Below, piece after piece: positions 1 to 10,288 of a DNA stretch of 64,000 nucleotides. The position numbers and the translations under genes were made by a program. Source of the stretch: a virus. Its lineage: Duplodnaviria; Caudoviricetes. How positions within the stretch are numbered: the first letter of the stretch is position 1; each line of letters opens with the position of its first letter. Under the pieces are notes generated by a model that was not told where the DNA came from, ran no database searches, and saw nothing but the letters and a program-made list of their open reading frames with translations. The stretch covers positions 1 through 64,000 of the IMG/VR virus record IMGVR_UViG_3300006099_000007; one strand, given 5' to 3'.

Positions 1-135
1 GGGGCCGTTCCGATCGGTGCTTGTGTGACTGGCGGGGGTATTTTTCTGAAAGTGGAACGGAGTTTTTACGGAACGCAACGCCGTTATTATTAGCATGTTG
101 GAATATAAAAATCCAGCGAAAAACGGAACAGCCAG

Positions 136-156
136 AAAGAGAAAGCGGGGAATAAG
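136..156 (+). promoter_or_regulatory. Module-1 repeated motif, copy 1 (AAAGAGAAAGCGGGGAATAAG)
   Basis: Five near-identical copies, each just upstream of a late gene start (136, 2453, 4308, 10264, 14971). Confidence 0.6.
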
Positions 157-172
157 GAAAAGGAAAAATAGC

Positions 173-754
173 ATGCCAAGACGACCAACGGAAGACAGTT
201 TGAAAGTGCGGGCTCTGGCGAAAGCTCACGGCAAAACGGAGCGCTGGGCCCGGAAACAGCGGGAAAAGAACACGCCCATGTGGCAAGAATTCTGTGAAGG
301 GAAACAGGTGGCCAGCCCGGCAAAACGGGAAGACGCCCAGGAAAGAACGGATCTGGAAAAAGCAGAACTGATTTGCACGGAAGCCTGGGCCGCATGGCAA
401 GGAATGAACGGATTGCTGAACGCGGCCCTGAAAGATCCCGGCAAGCAGGATATTATTCCGTCCCTGGCCCGCGCCACCAGGGAATCCCGGAAACAATGGG
501 AAGACGCCACCAAGCACCGGGAAGCGCTATTGCGTGCGGCGGGATTGTGGATCCCGGTGGAACGGGTCATGGCAATCCGCACACACTTGAAACCGCTTGG
601 ATCCGTCATTGAAAAGCTGGAAGTGAACATTGCGGGCCGCCTGTCTCCGGAAAACCGGCATGAGTTTTACCAAGCCTTTGAAACCGCCATGCCGGAATGG
701 AACACGGGAATACGAAAAATGGATGAATATATCACTAGCCTTTTGCCATGTTAG
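173..754 (+). CDS. Putative terminase small subunit
   Basis: Overlaps the terminase large subunit start; similar to 30883..31491. ATG at 173 chosen because it follows the repeated motif (ORF track starts at 95). Confidence 0.6.
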   Translation: MPRRPTEDSLKVRALAKAHGKTERWARKQREKNTPMWQEFCEGKQVASPAKREDAQERTDLEKAELICTEAWAAWQGMNGLLNAALKDPGKQDIIPSLARATRESRKQWEDATKHREALLRAAGLWIPVERVMAIRTHLKPLGSVIEKLEVNIAGRLSPENRHEFYQAFETAMPEWNTGIRKMDEYITSLLPC

Positions 755-2472
755 AAGATCTCCTATTTCAGCCGCGGGGGAGTGTGGTGGAATGGGTGGA
801 ACGGGAATTGAGGCTGCCGAGGGAAACCTCCCCAAACGCGCCGGGCCCCGTGTCCCTGGACCGTCAGCCTTACATGAGGGAACCGCTGGAATGCCTGCGT
901 AATACCCGGATTGAACACTTGTATCTGGTTTGGGCAGCCCAAACCGGAAAAACAACGCTGGACCTCCTGGCCCTGGCCTATCTATTGGAACACGATCCCA
1001 TGCCCTTGCTATGGGCCCTCCCATCCGATAATCTGGCCGCGCCCTTTTCCCGCAACCGCCTTCAGCCGTTTCTGAAAGCGAATCCCTGCCTTGCCCGGCA
1101 TATCCTCCGGAATCCCGCATCTTTTGCCCCGCTGGAAATGACGCTGGACAATATGCCGATCTACATGACCGGCGTGACCAGCCCTGCCCGTCTGTCATCC
1201 CGGCCCATTGCTTACGTGATCCAAGACGAGGAAGCGAAATTTGAACATATCAACAAAAAAGAAGCGCATCCTTCCGCCCTGATCGAAGAACGTACAAAAG
1301 CCTTTCCGCGGCGGCTGATCATCCATAGCAGTACACCGAATGTTGAAGATGAACCCTACTGGCAGGGCTACAGCCTGACGGATTGCCGGGAATACTTCAT
1401 GCCCTGTCCCCATTGCGGGATGTGGATCCGGTTTGAATTCAGCCGGGCAACGCTGGTTTGGGACGGGGACAGCCTGGAAGAAATTGAAGCCAGCGCCCGC
1501 TATGTCTGCCCGGATTGTTCACGGCCCATTTACGACGCCCAAAAAATAGACATGATGCAGGCGGGCGAATGGAGGGCCACCAATGAAGCCGCGCATCCGT
1601 CCCGGCGCGGGTATCATTTGAATTCGCTTTATTCCCCTTTCGTGTCCTTTGGTCAGTTTGCCCGTAAATTTGTAGAAAGTTCCCGCGCCCTTCTGGCGCA
1701 AATGGAATTACAGAACTTCCGGAATTCCTGGGAAGCCCTGCCTTACTCAAAATATCAGGTTAAAGTGAAAGATCAGGCTGTGGAAGCCCTGAAAACTTCC
1801 GCGTACCGTCGGGGAGAAATGCCCCCCGTGGAACCGCTGTACCTGGTGGCCGGCTATGATCCGGGGGAACTGCAAACGCATTGGGTTGTTTGCGCCGTGT
1901 CAGCCGGCGGGGAATTATGGGTTATCGATTGGGGAACCATCCTAAGTTTCCGGACGGAGGGAGGCCGGAAAGGCGTTGCCGCCCATTTCCCCGGATTGCT
2001 GTATCAGGCAGGGGATCATATCTTTCAGCCGGCGCTGGGATTAGTAGATTCCGGCTGGAGCGCGGAAGCGACCTATACGGAATGCGCCCTGATGCCCGGC
2101 CAGCTTTATCCAACAAAAGGATCCGCCGCGGGTTTTGGCGTCTGGAATCGCACGGATTTGAAAACGCATCCGGGCCTTGAACTGTACACCTATCAGGACC
2201 GGGCCGCAAAAATCGAACTATACGCCGAACGCATTGCACACGGACGCGGCCCTGGGCTGCACCTTCCGGGGAACGCGGATCCGGATCTGATCAGGGGATT
2301 GAGCGGGCAAGTACTAGAAGAGAAACCCGGCAGCCCCAGCCAATGGAAGAAAATTGCCGGAGACCACTATGGCGACTGCGTGAAGCTCTGCATGTTTTCC
2401 TGGTGGGTCCTGAAATCATCCGTCCCGGATCCCGAACCGGAAGAAGAGAGAGAAAGAGACGGCGGGGAATAA
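748..2472 (+). CDS. Terminase large subunit, lambda GpA family
   Basis: Walker A AQTGKT, Walker B QDEE, zinc-binding CPHC/CPDC, C-terminal nuclease motifs (AGYDPG, VDSG, DHYGDC). Confidence 0.93.
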   Translation: MLEDLLFQPRGSVVEWVERELRLPRETSPNAPGPVSLDRQPYMREPLECLRNTRIEHLYLVWAAQTGKTTLDLLALAYLLEHDPMPLLWALPSDNLAAPFSRNRLQPFLKANPCLARHILRNPASFAPLEMTLDNMPIYMTGVTSPARLSSRPIAYVIQDEEAKFEHINKKEAHPSALIEERTKAFPRRLIIHSSTPNVEDEPYWQGYSLTDCREYFMPCPHCGMWIRFEFSRATLVWDGDSLEEIEASARYVCPDCSRPIYDAQKIDMMQAGEWRATNEAAHPSRRGYHLNSLYSPFVSFGQFARKFVESSRALLAQMELQNFRNSWEALPYSKYQVKVKDQAVEALKTSAYRRGEMPPVEPLYLVAGYDPGELQTHWVVCAVSAGGELWVIDWGTILSFRTEGGRKGVAAHFPGLLYQAGDHIFQPALGLVDSGWSAEATYTECALMPGQLYPTKGSAAGFGVWNRTDLKTHPGLELYTYQDRAAKIELYAERIAHGRGPGLHLPGNADPDLIRGLSGQVLEEKPGSPSQWKKIAGDHYGDCVKLCMFSWWVLKSSVPDPEPEEERERDGGE

Positions 2473-2473
2473 G
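2453..2473 (+). promoter_or_regulatory. Module-1 repeated motif, copy 2
   Basis: AAAGAGACGGCGGGGAATAAG directly before ATG 2476. Confidence 0.6.
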
Positions 2474-2475
2474 GT

Positions 2476-2754
2476 ATGAGCGGATTTTCTCAAGAAAGTT
2501 TAGATGCCCTGGCGGAGGCTTACAGCCTCCAGGAACTCAAGGCCAAAAGAAAGGAAGTAGCGGACAAGCTACTTGAACTTGACATGATCACATCCGCCAG
2601 CGGGGGCGGCGGCAGCAGTTACAGCCGGCAACAACGCATGGACGCGGAAAGCCTACTGGCCGCCCTGAACATGGCGATCAAGGCGAAGACGGGGCAATCT
2701 CCGAATCCGGGACAAAGCGTTACCATTGTAGGATTTAGGAATACAGATTATTGA
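2476..2754 (+). CDS. Head-tail joining protein (gpW-like)
   Basis: 92 aa between terminase and portal, the lambda W position; shares GGG.SY motif with 34986..35276. Confidence 0.6.
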   Translation: MSGFSQESLDALAEAYSLQELKAKRKEVADKLLELDMITSASGGGGSSYSRQQRMDAESLLAALNMAIKAKTGQSPNPGQSVTIVGFRNTDY

Positions 2755-2755
2755 C

Positions 2756-4333
2756 ATGAAACGACGCAAGAGAAAATACAAGTTACGCATGAACCGGGCA
2801 GATCTGGGCTCCATGCCGGAGGCCCTGAACCAGCCCCGCGCCCTGTCCCCTCAAATGTTCGGAGGCATCCAGGGCGCCCTGCCCTGGGCTAACGGCATGT
2901 TGTACTGGCCTACGCTGGATGACGCCTCCGAAATGGATGATTATGACCGTGCCGCCGTCATGAGGGCCGCCCGGTATCTGTACAAGAATTCCGGCGTCAT
3001 CCGGAAGGCCGTCCGTGACATTTGGCTATTGCAGGGCTGCCTGATGCCTATTCCTACGACGCAAGACCGGGACTGGAACCGGAAAGCCCGCGCGGCCTTT
3101 CTGGCGCGGGTGGCCAGCCCCGCCGCTTTTGACGTTACGGGAAAATTATCCTGGAAAACCATGCAGGCATGGGCCGAAAGGAAAACCAGCATTGACGGCG
3201 ATTGCCTGTGCGTTCTGGCCCGCGGCCTGGACGGCGGGGGAATGGTGGCCTGGTACAGCGCGCCGAAGATAATCACGCCGCCGGGCCTGGGTAAAGAAGA
3301 CGGCTGGAACCAGGGGGTGAAAACAAACGCACAGGGGCGCCCGGTTGCTTATGGACTGGCAACGGCGCCGGGCCGCTGCATCGTCATCCCCGCCGGCTGT
3401 GCCATCCTGTATCAGCGGGATCCGGATCCGGCAGTCCCACGCGGGGAATCAGATCTAATCCACGCCATCCGGCACGGGGTGGATATTGCGGAAATACACG
3501 GCTTTACGAAAGCCAGCGTGAAACTGTCCGCCGCCGTGGGATTTGTCGAAACGAAAACGGAGGCAGACAAGGCCCCCGGAATGGCCGCCGCCATTGGGGG
3601 CAAAAAGAAACCGGGCTGTGACGAAAAACCGGAAAATCCGGCGCAATCCTTTGAAGTCGTCACCGGCGGCGGGGCCCGTGTAGTCAGCCTTGCCCCAGGG
3701 CGTGATCTGAAAGCCATTTATGACCAGCGGCCATCTCCCAATGTGGCCGCCTTCATCCGCGACTTGCTCGCGGAAATCGCCTACGGCGTGGGACTGGACG
3801 CGGAAGTCCTCTATGACATCAACACGTTAGGAAGCGCGGCGGCCCGGCTGATCCTGTCAAAATTGCGGCGCTGGATCGACGAACGGAAAGACGCGCGGGA
3901 AGTGTACATGAACCGGATTTACCGGCATGTCCTGGCCCTGGAAATGGAGGCGGGGCGCCTCCCCCGCTGTAAAGATCCCGCCTGGGAAAACGTGGCCTGG
4001 GTGGGTCAGCGTGATTTGACGATTGATTTAGGCCGTGAAGGGGGCCTGGCAATCAATCTGATCCGGGAAGGACTGGCTGACGCGGACCGCTGGACGCTCG
4101 CCACGGAGGGCATGACTGCGGAAAGCATTTTGGACCGCCGGGCGGATTTGTTGCGCCGGGCTCATGAAATTGCCGAATCCTCCGGCATCCCCATCACGGA
4201 ACTTTTGCCTGGCGCCATCGGCTCCACACATGCGGCCCATGACGTGCACCCGGGGCCGCCTCCGGAAGACGATGAACCGGAAAATGCCGGCAACGGGGAA
4301 AAGAGCAAAAGAGACGGCGGGGAAAATATATAG
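2756..4333 (+). CDS. Portal protein, lambda family
   Basis: Size and position; PRG.SDL motif, LAPGRDLK..RPSPN, IAYGVGL; homologous to 35273..36805. Confidence 0.88.
   Translation: MKRRKRKYKLRMNRADLGSMPEALNQPRALSPQMFGGIQGALPWANGMLYWPTLDDASEMDDYDRAAVMRAARYLYKNSGVIRKAVRDIWLLQGCLMPIPTTQDRDWNRKARAAFLARVASPAAFDVTGKLSWKTMQAWAERKTSIDGDCLCVLARGLDGGGMVAWYSAPKIITPPGLGKEDGWNQGVKTNAQGRPVAYGLATAPGRCIVIPAGCAILYQRDPDPAVPRGESDLIHAIRHGVDIAEIHGFTKASVKLSAAVGFVETKTEADKAPGMAAAIGGKKKPGCDEKPENPAQSFEVVTGGGARVVSLAPGRDLKAIYDQRPSPNVAAFIRDLLAEIAYGVGLDAEVLYDINTLGSAAARLILSKLRRWIDERKDAREVYMNRIYRHVLALEMEAGRLPRCKDPAWENVAWVGQRDLTIDLGREGGLAINLIREGLADADRWTLATEGMTAESILDRRADLLRRAHEIAESSGIPITELLPGAIGSTHAAHDVHPGPPPEDDEPENAGNGEKSKRDGGENI
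4308..4328 (+). promoter_or_regulatory. Module-1 repeated motif, copy 3
   Basis: AAAGAGACGGCGGGGAAAATA upstream of the protease gene. Confidence 0.6.
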
Positions 4334-4351
4334 GGAAACCTGTATCATATC

Positions 4352-5488
4352 ATGAATAGAAAAAAAACATACCAGTTGCCCATGCTGACCATGCAAGCCG
4401 GAACCTCCGGCGCCGTGGCGGTCGTGGACGTTACCGGGGTTATTGGGTGGGATGACGCCCAATGCCTTGAATTTGCCGATAAGCTGAAAGCCGCCGCCAA
4501 TCAGGGCGCGTCCAGCATCACCTTGCGCGTGAACTCGCCCGGCGGGGACGTTTTTTCCGCGTTGAGCATGTACGATGCCATCCGTTCATGCAAGATCCCT
4601 GTCCGGGCGGAAGTTCATGGCCTGGCCGCCAGCGCGGCAAGCCTGCTGTGCATGGCCGCCGATACGGTAGCTATGAGCGAAAGCGCTAAATTCATGGTAC
4701 ATCAGCCCTATGCGGGCGTTTGGGGGAACCCGGATGAAATCATGAATTATGCGGCCATGCTGATCAAAGAACGGGAACGCATGTTTGCCATCTATGGCGG
4801 AAAATGCGGAAAGTCCTGGGAACAGGTCAGCAATGACCATAAGGCAAGCGTCTATTACAGCGCCGCGGAAGCCATTGCTTACGGCTTTGTGGATGAAGTC
4901 ATCCATGACGACGAAAGCGCCGGAAACGGTGAGGACGACGAAGAAGAAAACGCCGGAGACGAAGACGACGAATCCACAGCCACCGCGGAAACCGGCAACA
5001 ATGACGAAGAAGACGACGAAAGCCCTACAGGGGAAGAAGGGGACGACGAAGACGAAGAAACCGCCCCGGCGGCAGGCATGACCGGAAGCCGCCTGAACCT
5101 GAAAAACGCCGCGGGGGGCATCTGCATGCGTATTTTTGGCCTTACGGGATCCGGGAAGAAAAAGGATCCCTTGAAAGCGCTGAAAATGCAGAACAGCCGC
5201 CTGGCTGCCATGAACAAGGGACTGAAGGCCCAAGTGGCGAAGCTGAAAGCCGCCCAGGATCAACAGGCGGCAATCACGGAACAACTGGTGGAAAAACAGG
5301 TTACGGCCAGATTGGCGTCCCTGAATATTCCCGCTTCCGATCTTCCGTCAGCCACGGAAACCGAAATGACCGCCCCGGCGCAAACGGTAGCCCTGCCCGC
5401 CAGCAGGGAAGAATTCATGTCTCTGACCGTGGATGACCGCCTTGCTGTCACGTCCGCCTATCCGGAGGCCGTGAAAAAATGGCTTTGA
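4352..5488 (+). CDS. ClpP-type head maturation protease with acidic linker and C-terminal scaffold-like region
   Basis: NSPGGDV, GLAASAAS (catalytic Ser), MVH (catalytic His), AEAIAYGFVDEV. Confidence 0.9.
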   Translation: MNRKKTYQLPMLTMQAGTSGAVAVVDVTGVIGWDDAQCLEFADKLKAAANQGASSITLRVNSPGGDVFSALSMYDAIRSCKIPVRAEVHGLAASAASLLCMAADTVAMSESAKFMVHQPYAGVWGNPDEIMNYAAMLIKERERMFAIYGGKCGKSWEQVSNDHKASVYYSAAEAIAYGFVDEVIHDDESAGNGEDDEEENAGDEDDESTATAETGNNDEEDDESPTGEEGDDEDEETAPAAGMTGSRLNLKNAAGGICMRIFGLTGSGKKKDPLKALKMQNSRLAAMNKGLKAQVAKLKAAQDQQAAITEQLVEKQVTARLASLNIPASDLPSATETEMTAPAQTVALPASREEFMSLTVDDRLAVTSAYPEAVKKWL

Positions 5489-5554
5489 ATGCGATTGAGA
5501 TTCCTACGTCCCGGCCCGTCAGACCGGAGAATCAACCAAGAAAGAAATCATACG

Positions 5555-5938
5555 ATGCCAACTCTTTACGGTACAACGCCGGAATTCGGGATCAAAAACA
5601 GCGAATCCGGGATCCTTGTCGAAAGCATGAATTTTGACGGGTCCATGGAGAAATACGAACAGAAGGATCATATGGGAAAAGTCATTGGTGTTTACATCAT
5701 TGACGAAAAATTAAGCTTCAGCATGTCCGGAGCCCTCCCCCTGGGAGGGGATTATACGCTGACCATGGGAAGCACCCTCCTTTTGAATAATACCATTCCG
5801 CCCATTTGGAACAACACGCCCAAAGCCACAACGGTATTCATTGAGACTGTCAAGCGCAGCATGACCAACACGGGCCCCGTGAAACTGGACGTGAGTGGAA
5901 CCGTTTATGCGTTCGGAAGCGCTTCTTCCGAAGAATAA
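5555..5938 (+). CDS. Putative tail tube (major tail) protein
   Basis: Clear homologue of 40703..41083, which lies between tail terminator and chaperone; beta-rich 127 aa. Confidence 0.55.
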   Translation: MPTLYGTTPEFGIKNSESGILVESMNFDGSMEKYEQKDHMGKVIGVYIIDEKLSFSMSGALPLGGDYTLTMGSTLLLNNTIPPIWNNTPKATTVFIETVKRSMTNTGPVKLDVSGTVYAFGSASSEE

Positions 5939-5978
5939 CAACATATTAACATTCAACTATTAGAAAACAAAAAAACAT

Positions 5979-6983
5979 ATGACTATCGCAAATAAAGGAA
6001 ACAAGCCGTTTAATATGAAGGATCTGTTCCCGGTCACCAATTTGACCGACCAGAAGCCCAGCATGCACATGGCGGAAAACACGAACAGCATTGCCGGCCT
6101 GGGCTGGAAAACTGTTGCAAGCAAAAGCCTTGCCGCGGTAAGCGAGGTTTTTGCCCCGCTGGACCGTTATACAACGGACTACACGGACGAAATTGTGACT
6201 TTTGGGCCAGGACGGGCCGTCACGCTAACCATTGAAATTGCCAGGGAAGTAGGGGAAGCCCTCAAGAACCCGGAAGATTGGAACGTTTCAGCCGTCAAAA
6301 CGGATGCCGTCAGCATTGAGTGCAACCGCTACAGCCGCCCGTTCCTGGTCACGTCCTATGACATGGCCGCCGGAAGCCGCCTGGAAGGGAAGCTGAACAA
6401 GGCTATTGAAACCGTAGCCAAGGCCGTCCTGAAGGACTTGCACACGCAGATCAAGACCGCCGCGCCGGAAGTAATTTCCGGCGTGACGCTGGAAAGCTTC
6501 ACGCCGGAATACGTGGCAACCGTGCTTTCCGGACTGATCATCCCGGAAGTGTCCGCCCTGACGGTGAATCCCACCTACCACGCCAAGCTGACGCCTTATA
6601 ACGCGGACAGCCTGAAATTGGAAACCGGCGTGTACGGGATTGGCGGCATTTACAAGGCTACCGGCCTGGAAGCCCTGTCTGACGATAAAAAAACCATTGG
6701 ATATATGGGATATGAAAATGCCATCGGCATCATCAGCCGCCAGCCCTTGATTCCCACCGAAAACGGCGCCATTTTCGTTTCCGAACTGGGCAGCGTCGGA
6801 GGCATCAAGCTTTACCTGAAACAATGGGTTGTGCCTGGGATGGAAGGGGTTATGCACTCCGTAGAAGCCGCCGTGGGAACCGTCGTGGCCCTACCGGAAA
6901 ATCTGCGGTTGTTGAGTACCGCCGCCGCGGCATCCGGAACCGCGTCCGAAAAAGACGCCGGAGAAGAAGACCCCGCGGCATAA
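5979..6983 (+). CDS. Major capsid protein
   Basis: 334 aa downstream of the protease; homologous to 38024..38986 (ALKNPEDWN/ALKNTEDWN, NRYSRP). Confidence 0.75.
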   Translation: MTIANKGNKPFNMKDLFPVTNLTDQKPSMHMAENTNSIAGLGWKTVASKSLAAVSEVFAPLDRYTTDYTDEIVTFGPGRAVTLTIEIAREVGEALKNPEDWNVSAVKTDAVSIECNRYSRPFLVTSYDMAAGSRLEGKLNKAIETVAKAVLKDLHTQIKTAAPEVISGVTLESFTPEYVATVLSGLIIPEVSALTVNPTYHAKLTPYNADSLKLETGVYGIGGIYKATGLEALSDDKKTIGYMGYENAIGIISRQPLIPTENGAIFVSELGSVGGIKLYLKQWVVPGMEGVMHSVEAAVGTVVALPENLRLLSTAAAASGTASEKDAGEEDPAA

Positions 6984-7005
6984 CCTGTCCGGTATTTGTT
7001 GAACT

Positions 7006-7401
7006 ATGAGCCGCCGTCGGAACCGTGCAAACGTCCGGGCGGCGGCCCTTTTTCCGAAATTATCATCAATGAGTGTACGTGAGTTATTAACCGCCGGCGG
7101 GAATGACATGATCCGGGAATTGGGGGAACGTGTACGGCTGTTGCGCAAAGGGAACGTGTATGCGGATTGTTACGCCGTTGTTTCCCCCGCCGCCGTGGGG
7201 TACACCGTGGAAATTGGAGGCGCGGAAAAACAGGTTACGGCACATTGCATGTTGAGAGCTCATGACCTTCCCAAGCTTCCGCGGGCCGGGGACCGCCTCA
7301 CCGTTTCCGCCCCGCTGGGGGATCAGCCGGTCATATATTATATTACCACGGTAACGAGCGGCAACACGGATCCTATGATCCACATGGATCTTGCATCATG
7401 A
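7006..7401 (+). CDS. Head-tail adaptor/closure protein (gpFII-like)
   Basis: Position after capsid; P.AGDRL.V motif; counterpart of 39075..39395. Confidence 0.55.
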   Translation: MSRRRNRANVRAAALFPKLSSMSVRELLTAGGNDMIRELGERVRLLRKGNVYADCYAVVSPAAVGYTVEIGGAEKQVTAHCMLRAHDLPKLPRAGDRLTVSAPLGDQPVIYYITTVTSGNTDPMIHMDLAS

Positions 7402-8168
7402 AAGTCCGTTCGGAATTCAACATGGCCGGCTTCACCCGGCTTTGCCGGGAACTGGAAGCCGGCGCCCAGGAAGCGGCCCATGAAGCCGCCCTGGACTATG
7501 GCCGGATTTTCACCAAAGCGGCTATTGACTGGACGCCGCCTTCAGGCGGGGGAAGAAACGGCGCCCGCGTCCAGGGAGCGGAAGCGAAAAACCGCCAGGA
7601 AACGCGGATCCGCTGGGATATTATGGGCTCTGAATTTGCCAAGCCCCGCTATTACCGTTCCCGCGGCCAACTGATGACTTATGACGACGGAGCGCACCAT
7701 CTTTCCCCGTTCATGCTCGCGCGCCCTAAAGATCCCGTGCTGATTGTGGATCCGCGCACGCACTTGAAACGATTTGGGATGAAACGCGGGCGGAAGGGAA
7801 TGAAGCTGAACTGGCACGGCCCGCGGGCCTGGACGACAAAACAGGCCCTGAACGCGGAATATAAACGGCGCCTGGCCCGCGTGGGGCGCATGGCCGCCGG
7901 ATGGATGGCCGGAGCGGTATTGAGCGGACGGCAAACCGGCATCCCCGCCTGGGTGAAACGCCACGGAACCGGCGGCGGGCGGGCCCGGCTGGTGAACCGC
8001 CGTGGGAAGTGGGAAATAATCATTACCAATTCCACGGCCTACCACCCAAACATGAACTTTATTATCAATCAATTACTTGATGAAGTAGTGAAAGCCAAAA
8101 TACGGAAGCGGGATGAAAAAGTGAAATCATGGCTGCTGAAAAAGGCGCAGTGCACCATGAGGGGATAA
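7398..8168 (+). CDS. Neck/tail completion protein (HK97 gp10-like position), basic
   Basis: Homologous to 39411..40187 (VGRMAAGW, TPP, PAW..RH). Confidence 0.55.
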   Translation: MKVRSEFNMAGFTRLCRELEAGAQEAAHEAALDYGRIFTKAAIDWTPPSGGGRNGARVQGAEAKNRQETRIRWDIMGSEFAKPRYYRSRGQLMTYDDGAHHLSPFMLARPKDPVLIVDPRTHLKRFGMKRGRKGMKLNWHGPRAWTTKQALNAEYKRRLARVGRMAAGWMAGAVLSGRQTGIPAWVKRHGTGGGRARLVNRRGKWEIIITNSTAYHPNMNFIINQLLDEVVKAKIRKRDEKVKSWLLKKAQCTMRG

Positions 8169-8189
8169 CCTCAAACATATCATGAAATC

Positions 8190-9521
8190 ATGATACCTAT
8201 TTTCAAAGCAGGCGATCCTTTAAGCGCAGGAAAATTCAATGCGCTTGGTGACAGCATCCGCCACCTGTCAGAAAACGTCAGCACCGCAGGGGAAATGATG
8301 GTTCCGCAGCATTTTGACGCCCTGCCCCTGCCGGAAATGGATTTTGCGGTCCTGTACCGGAAAGACGACGCGGGGGCCTGGGGCTGGTGTTGCCACCAGG
8401 GGCGCGTAATTGTTAAAGGAAAAGAAAATGTTGTAGGGGAAAAAGAATGGACCCTGATTGCGGGCGATACCTATACCGGGGAAATCAAGCTTGTTGTCAC
8501 GCTGGATGATGCCGGGGAATTTTCTTCCGGCGTGGTCCAGGAAGGAACCGCCACGGAAGGAAGTGGAACCTCCCTGGAATTTTCGTTGGCTACCATTGGG
8601 GAAGAACTTATTTGGAGACATGCCGGGGGACCTGTTTATATTATCCGCCCGGACGAAATTGTCATTAAAGCCGGGAAAGGAATTCAGGCGGAGGAAGACG
8701 AAGAAGACGGCGCAAACGGGAATAAAATAAAAACATGGAAGATCAGCGCCTTGATTGAAGACGCGAAAGAACCTTCCAGCGCGGACTGTTCGCTGATTTA
8801 CGAAGAAAAGGAAGACGGCGGGAACACTGATGGAGATCCTTATAAGCTTAAATTGTTATGTTCTTCTGACGGGTCCGTCAACATTGAGGACAAAGAAGGG
8901 AAGCTGTCTTTATCCGCCCAAAAAGTGGAACCTGGGGATGGGCTGGAATGGAAAAAGGACAAGGACCAGGACGGGAATGACATTGATACGCAGATTTTAC
9001 AGATCAGGATTGATTCAACGGCGGTAGATTCCAAAACGCCGGGGGAAAATGGAAAATGGCCGCTGTCTTTGTCAGTATCTCCGGAGGGTTTGGCCGGGGA
9101 ACTTGATTTAACGGTAGATACCAGCGTTCATGATTTAGGTGGAGGCGCTAAGGTAGGATTGTCCACGGAGGCAGGGGCTCTTTCTCTTATAGTTACTCCT
9201 GGGGGCGACGCGGAAGAATTGAGTTTTCGCACCCCTTTGCGGAAAAATGGAAAATATGTGGTGCTGGATTATGAATCAAGTTGGTCTGATGCTGTCAACG
9301 GTGTGAAGGCAGGCTTGTTTATCCGGAATAATAAATTGGCTGTGGAGCTGTACGCGGAAACGGCGCCGGATGGCTCTGATAGTCTTATAAGCGATTCCTG
9401 GACCGCTCTTGTATGCGACAGCGACCATGCAATACGCCTGCACCGGGACGAAAACGGAAAAATCTATATCCAGCAGGGGGAATGGATTGTGACCTCCAAA
9501 ATTTATTCACCGATAAATTAA
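8190..9521 (+). CDS. Minor tail/fibre-like protein, acidic
   Basis: N-terminal F..G..LSA motif, AGKGI and PGDGL motifs; C-terminus nearly identical to 45973..47835. Confidence 0.5.
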   Translation: MIPIFKAGDPLSAGKFNALGDSIRHLSENVSTAGEMMVPQHFDALPLPEMDFAVLYRKDDAGAWGWCCHQGRVIVKGKENVVGEKEWTLIAGDTYTGEIKLVVTLDDAGEFSSGVVQEGTATEGSGTSLEFSLATIGEELIWRHAGGPVYIIRPDEIVIKAGKGIQAEEDEEDGANGNKIKTWKISALIEDAKEPSSADCSLIYEEKEDGGNTDGDPYKLKLLCSSDGSVNIEDKEGKLSLSAQKVEPGDGLEWKKDKDQDGNDIDTQILQIRIDSTAVDSKTPGENGKWPLSLSVSPEGLAGELDLTVDTSVHDLGGGAKVGLSTEAGALSLIVTPGGDAEELSFRTPLRKNGKYVVLDYESSWSDAVNGVKAGLFIRNNKLAVELYAETAPDGSDSLISDSWTALVCDSDHAIRLHRDENGKIYIQQGEWIVTSKIYSPIN

Positions 9522-9525
9522 ATAA

Positions 9526-10284
9526 ATGAACTACGCAATATTTTTATATCGAGACGATCACCAATGCTTGAAAATATGCATGGAACAAATACGGAGAATA
9601 GACCAGGCCGCCCAATTTTATTTATTTGATGACGCGGCGAAGCCTTTATTTCCGGCACAAGTCCCCACGGGGAACGATATATTTTACAAAATCACCTATT
9701 TTGCCCGCGGGGGGAACCTGAACGGCCTGGAATGCGTGCGCGGCATGCTGGGGTGCATGCTGGACATCCCAGGGGATGATCCGGTCATCAAGATTGACGC
9801 TGATACGCTGCTCATGGATCCGGCGGAAATCACGCGCAGCCTGAAAGACCGCGGAAAGGTGGCGGGAGGGATGCAATGCCGTGTTCCGCTTGCCTGGGCC
9901 GGCTGCTGCTACTGGATCACGCGGGCGGCCATCAAAGCCGCGCTGGAATTGCTGTCCCGGCGGGAATGGCCGGAAAATGCCCGTCAGGAATATCCGGAAG
10001 ACCAGACCATTTCAAAAATTCTGTTATACCTGTACGGGTCCGCCGGGGTGGACGTGCTGGAATTCCGGGGCGGGCGGCGTCTGATTGGCGTCCGGACGTG
10101 TGATCCGCGCGATCTGGCGGAAATCGCCCGCCTGGCGCGCGGCGGCGTGTGCGCGGTGCATTGCGGGCAAATGGCGTTTTATCATCCTATTGTGGAGCGT
10201 GACGGAGGGACGATCCGGGAAGCGTGCGCGCGGATCATGGAAGCCGTGCTGGAAGGGAAGCTGAAAGAGAAAGAGGGGATATAG
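9526..10284 (+). CDS. Glycosyltransferase, GT-A fold
   Basis: N-terminal strand-helix, LFDD, DxD motif KIDAD, GCCYWITR, catalytic-type PEDQTIS; homologue at 47841..48614. Confidence 0.7.
   Translation: MNYAIFLYRDDHQCLKICMEQIRRIDQAAQFYLFDDAAKPLFPAQVPTGNDIFYKITYFARGGNLNGLECVRGMLGCMLDIPGDDPVIKIDADTLLMDPAEITRSLKDRGKVAGGMQCRVPLAWAGCCYWITRAAIKAALELLSRREWPENARQEYPEDQTISKILLYLYGSAGVDVLEFRGGRRLIGVRTCDPRDLAEIARLARGGVCAVHCGQMAFYHPIVERDGGTIREACARIMEAVLEGKLKEKEGI
10264..10284 (+). promoter_or_regulatory. Module-1 repeated motif, copy 4
   Basis: AAAGAGAAAGAGGGGATATAG before ATG 10289. Confidence 0.6.
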
Positions 10285-10288
10285 TTAT

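Noticed and set aside
4900-5070. GAC/GAA-rich repetitive stretch (also 37500-37550)
   Set aside because: Encodes the acidic linker of the head protease; not a CRISPR or tandem-repeat array.
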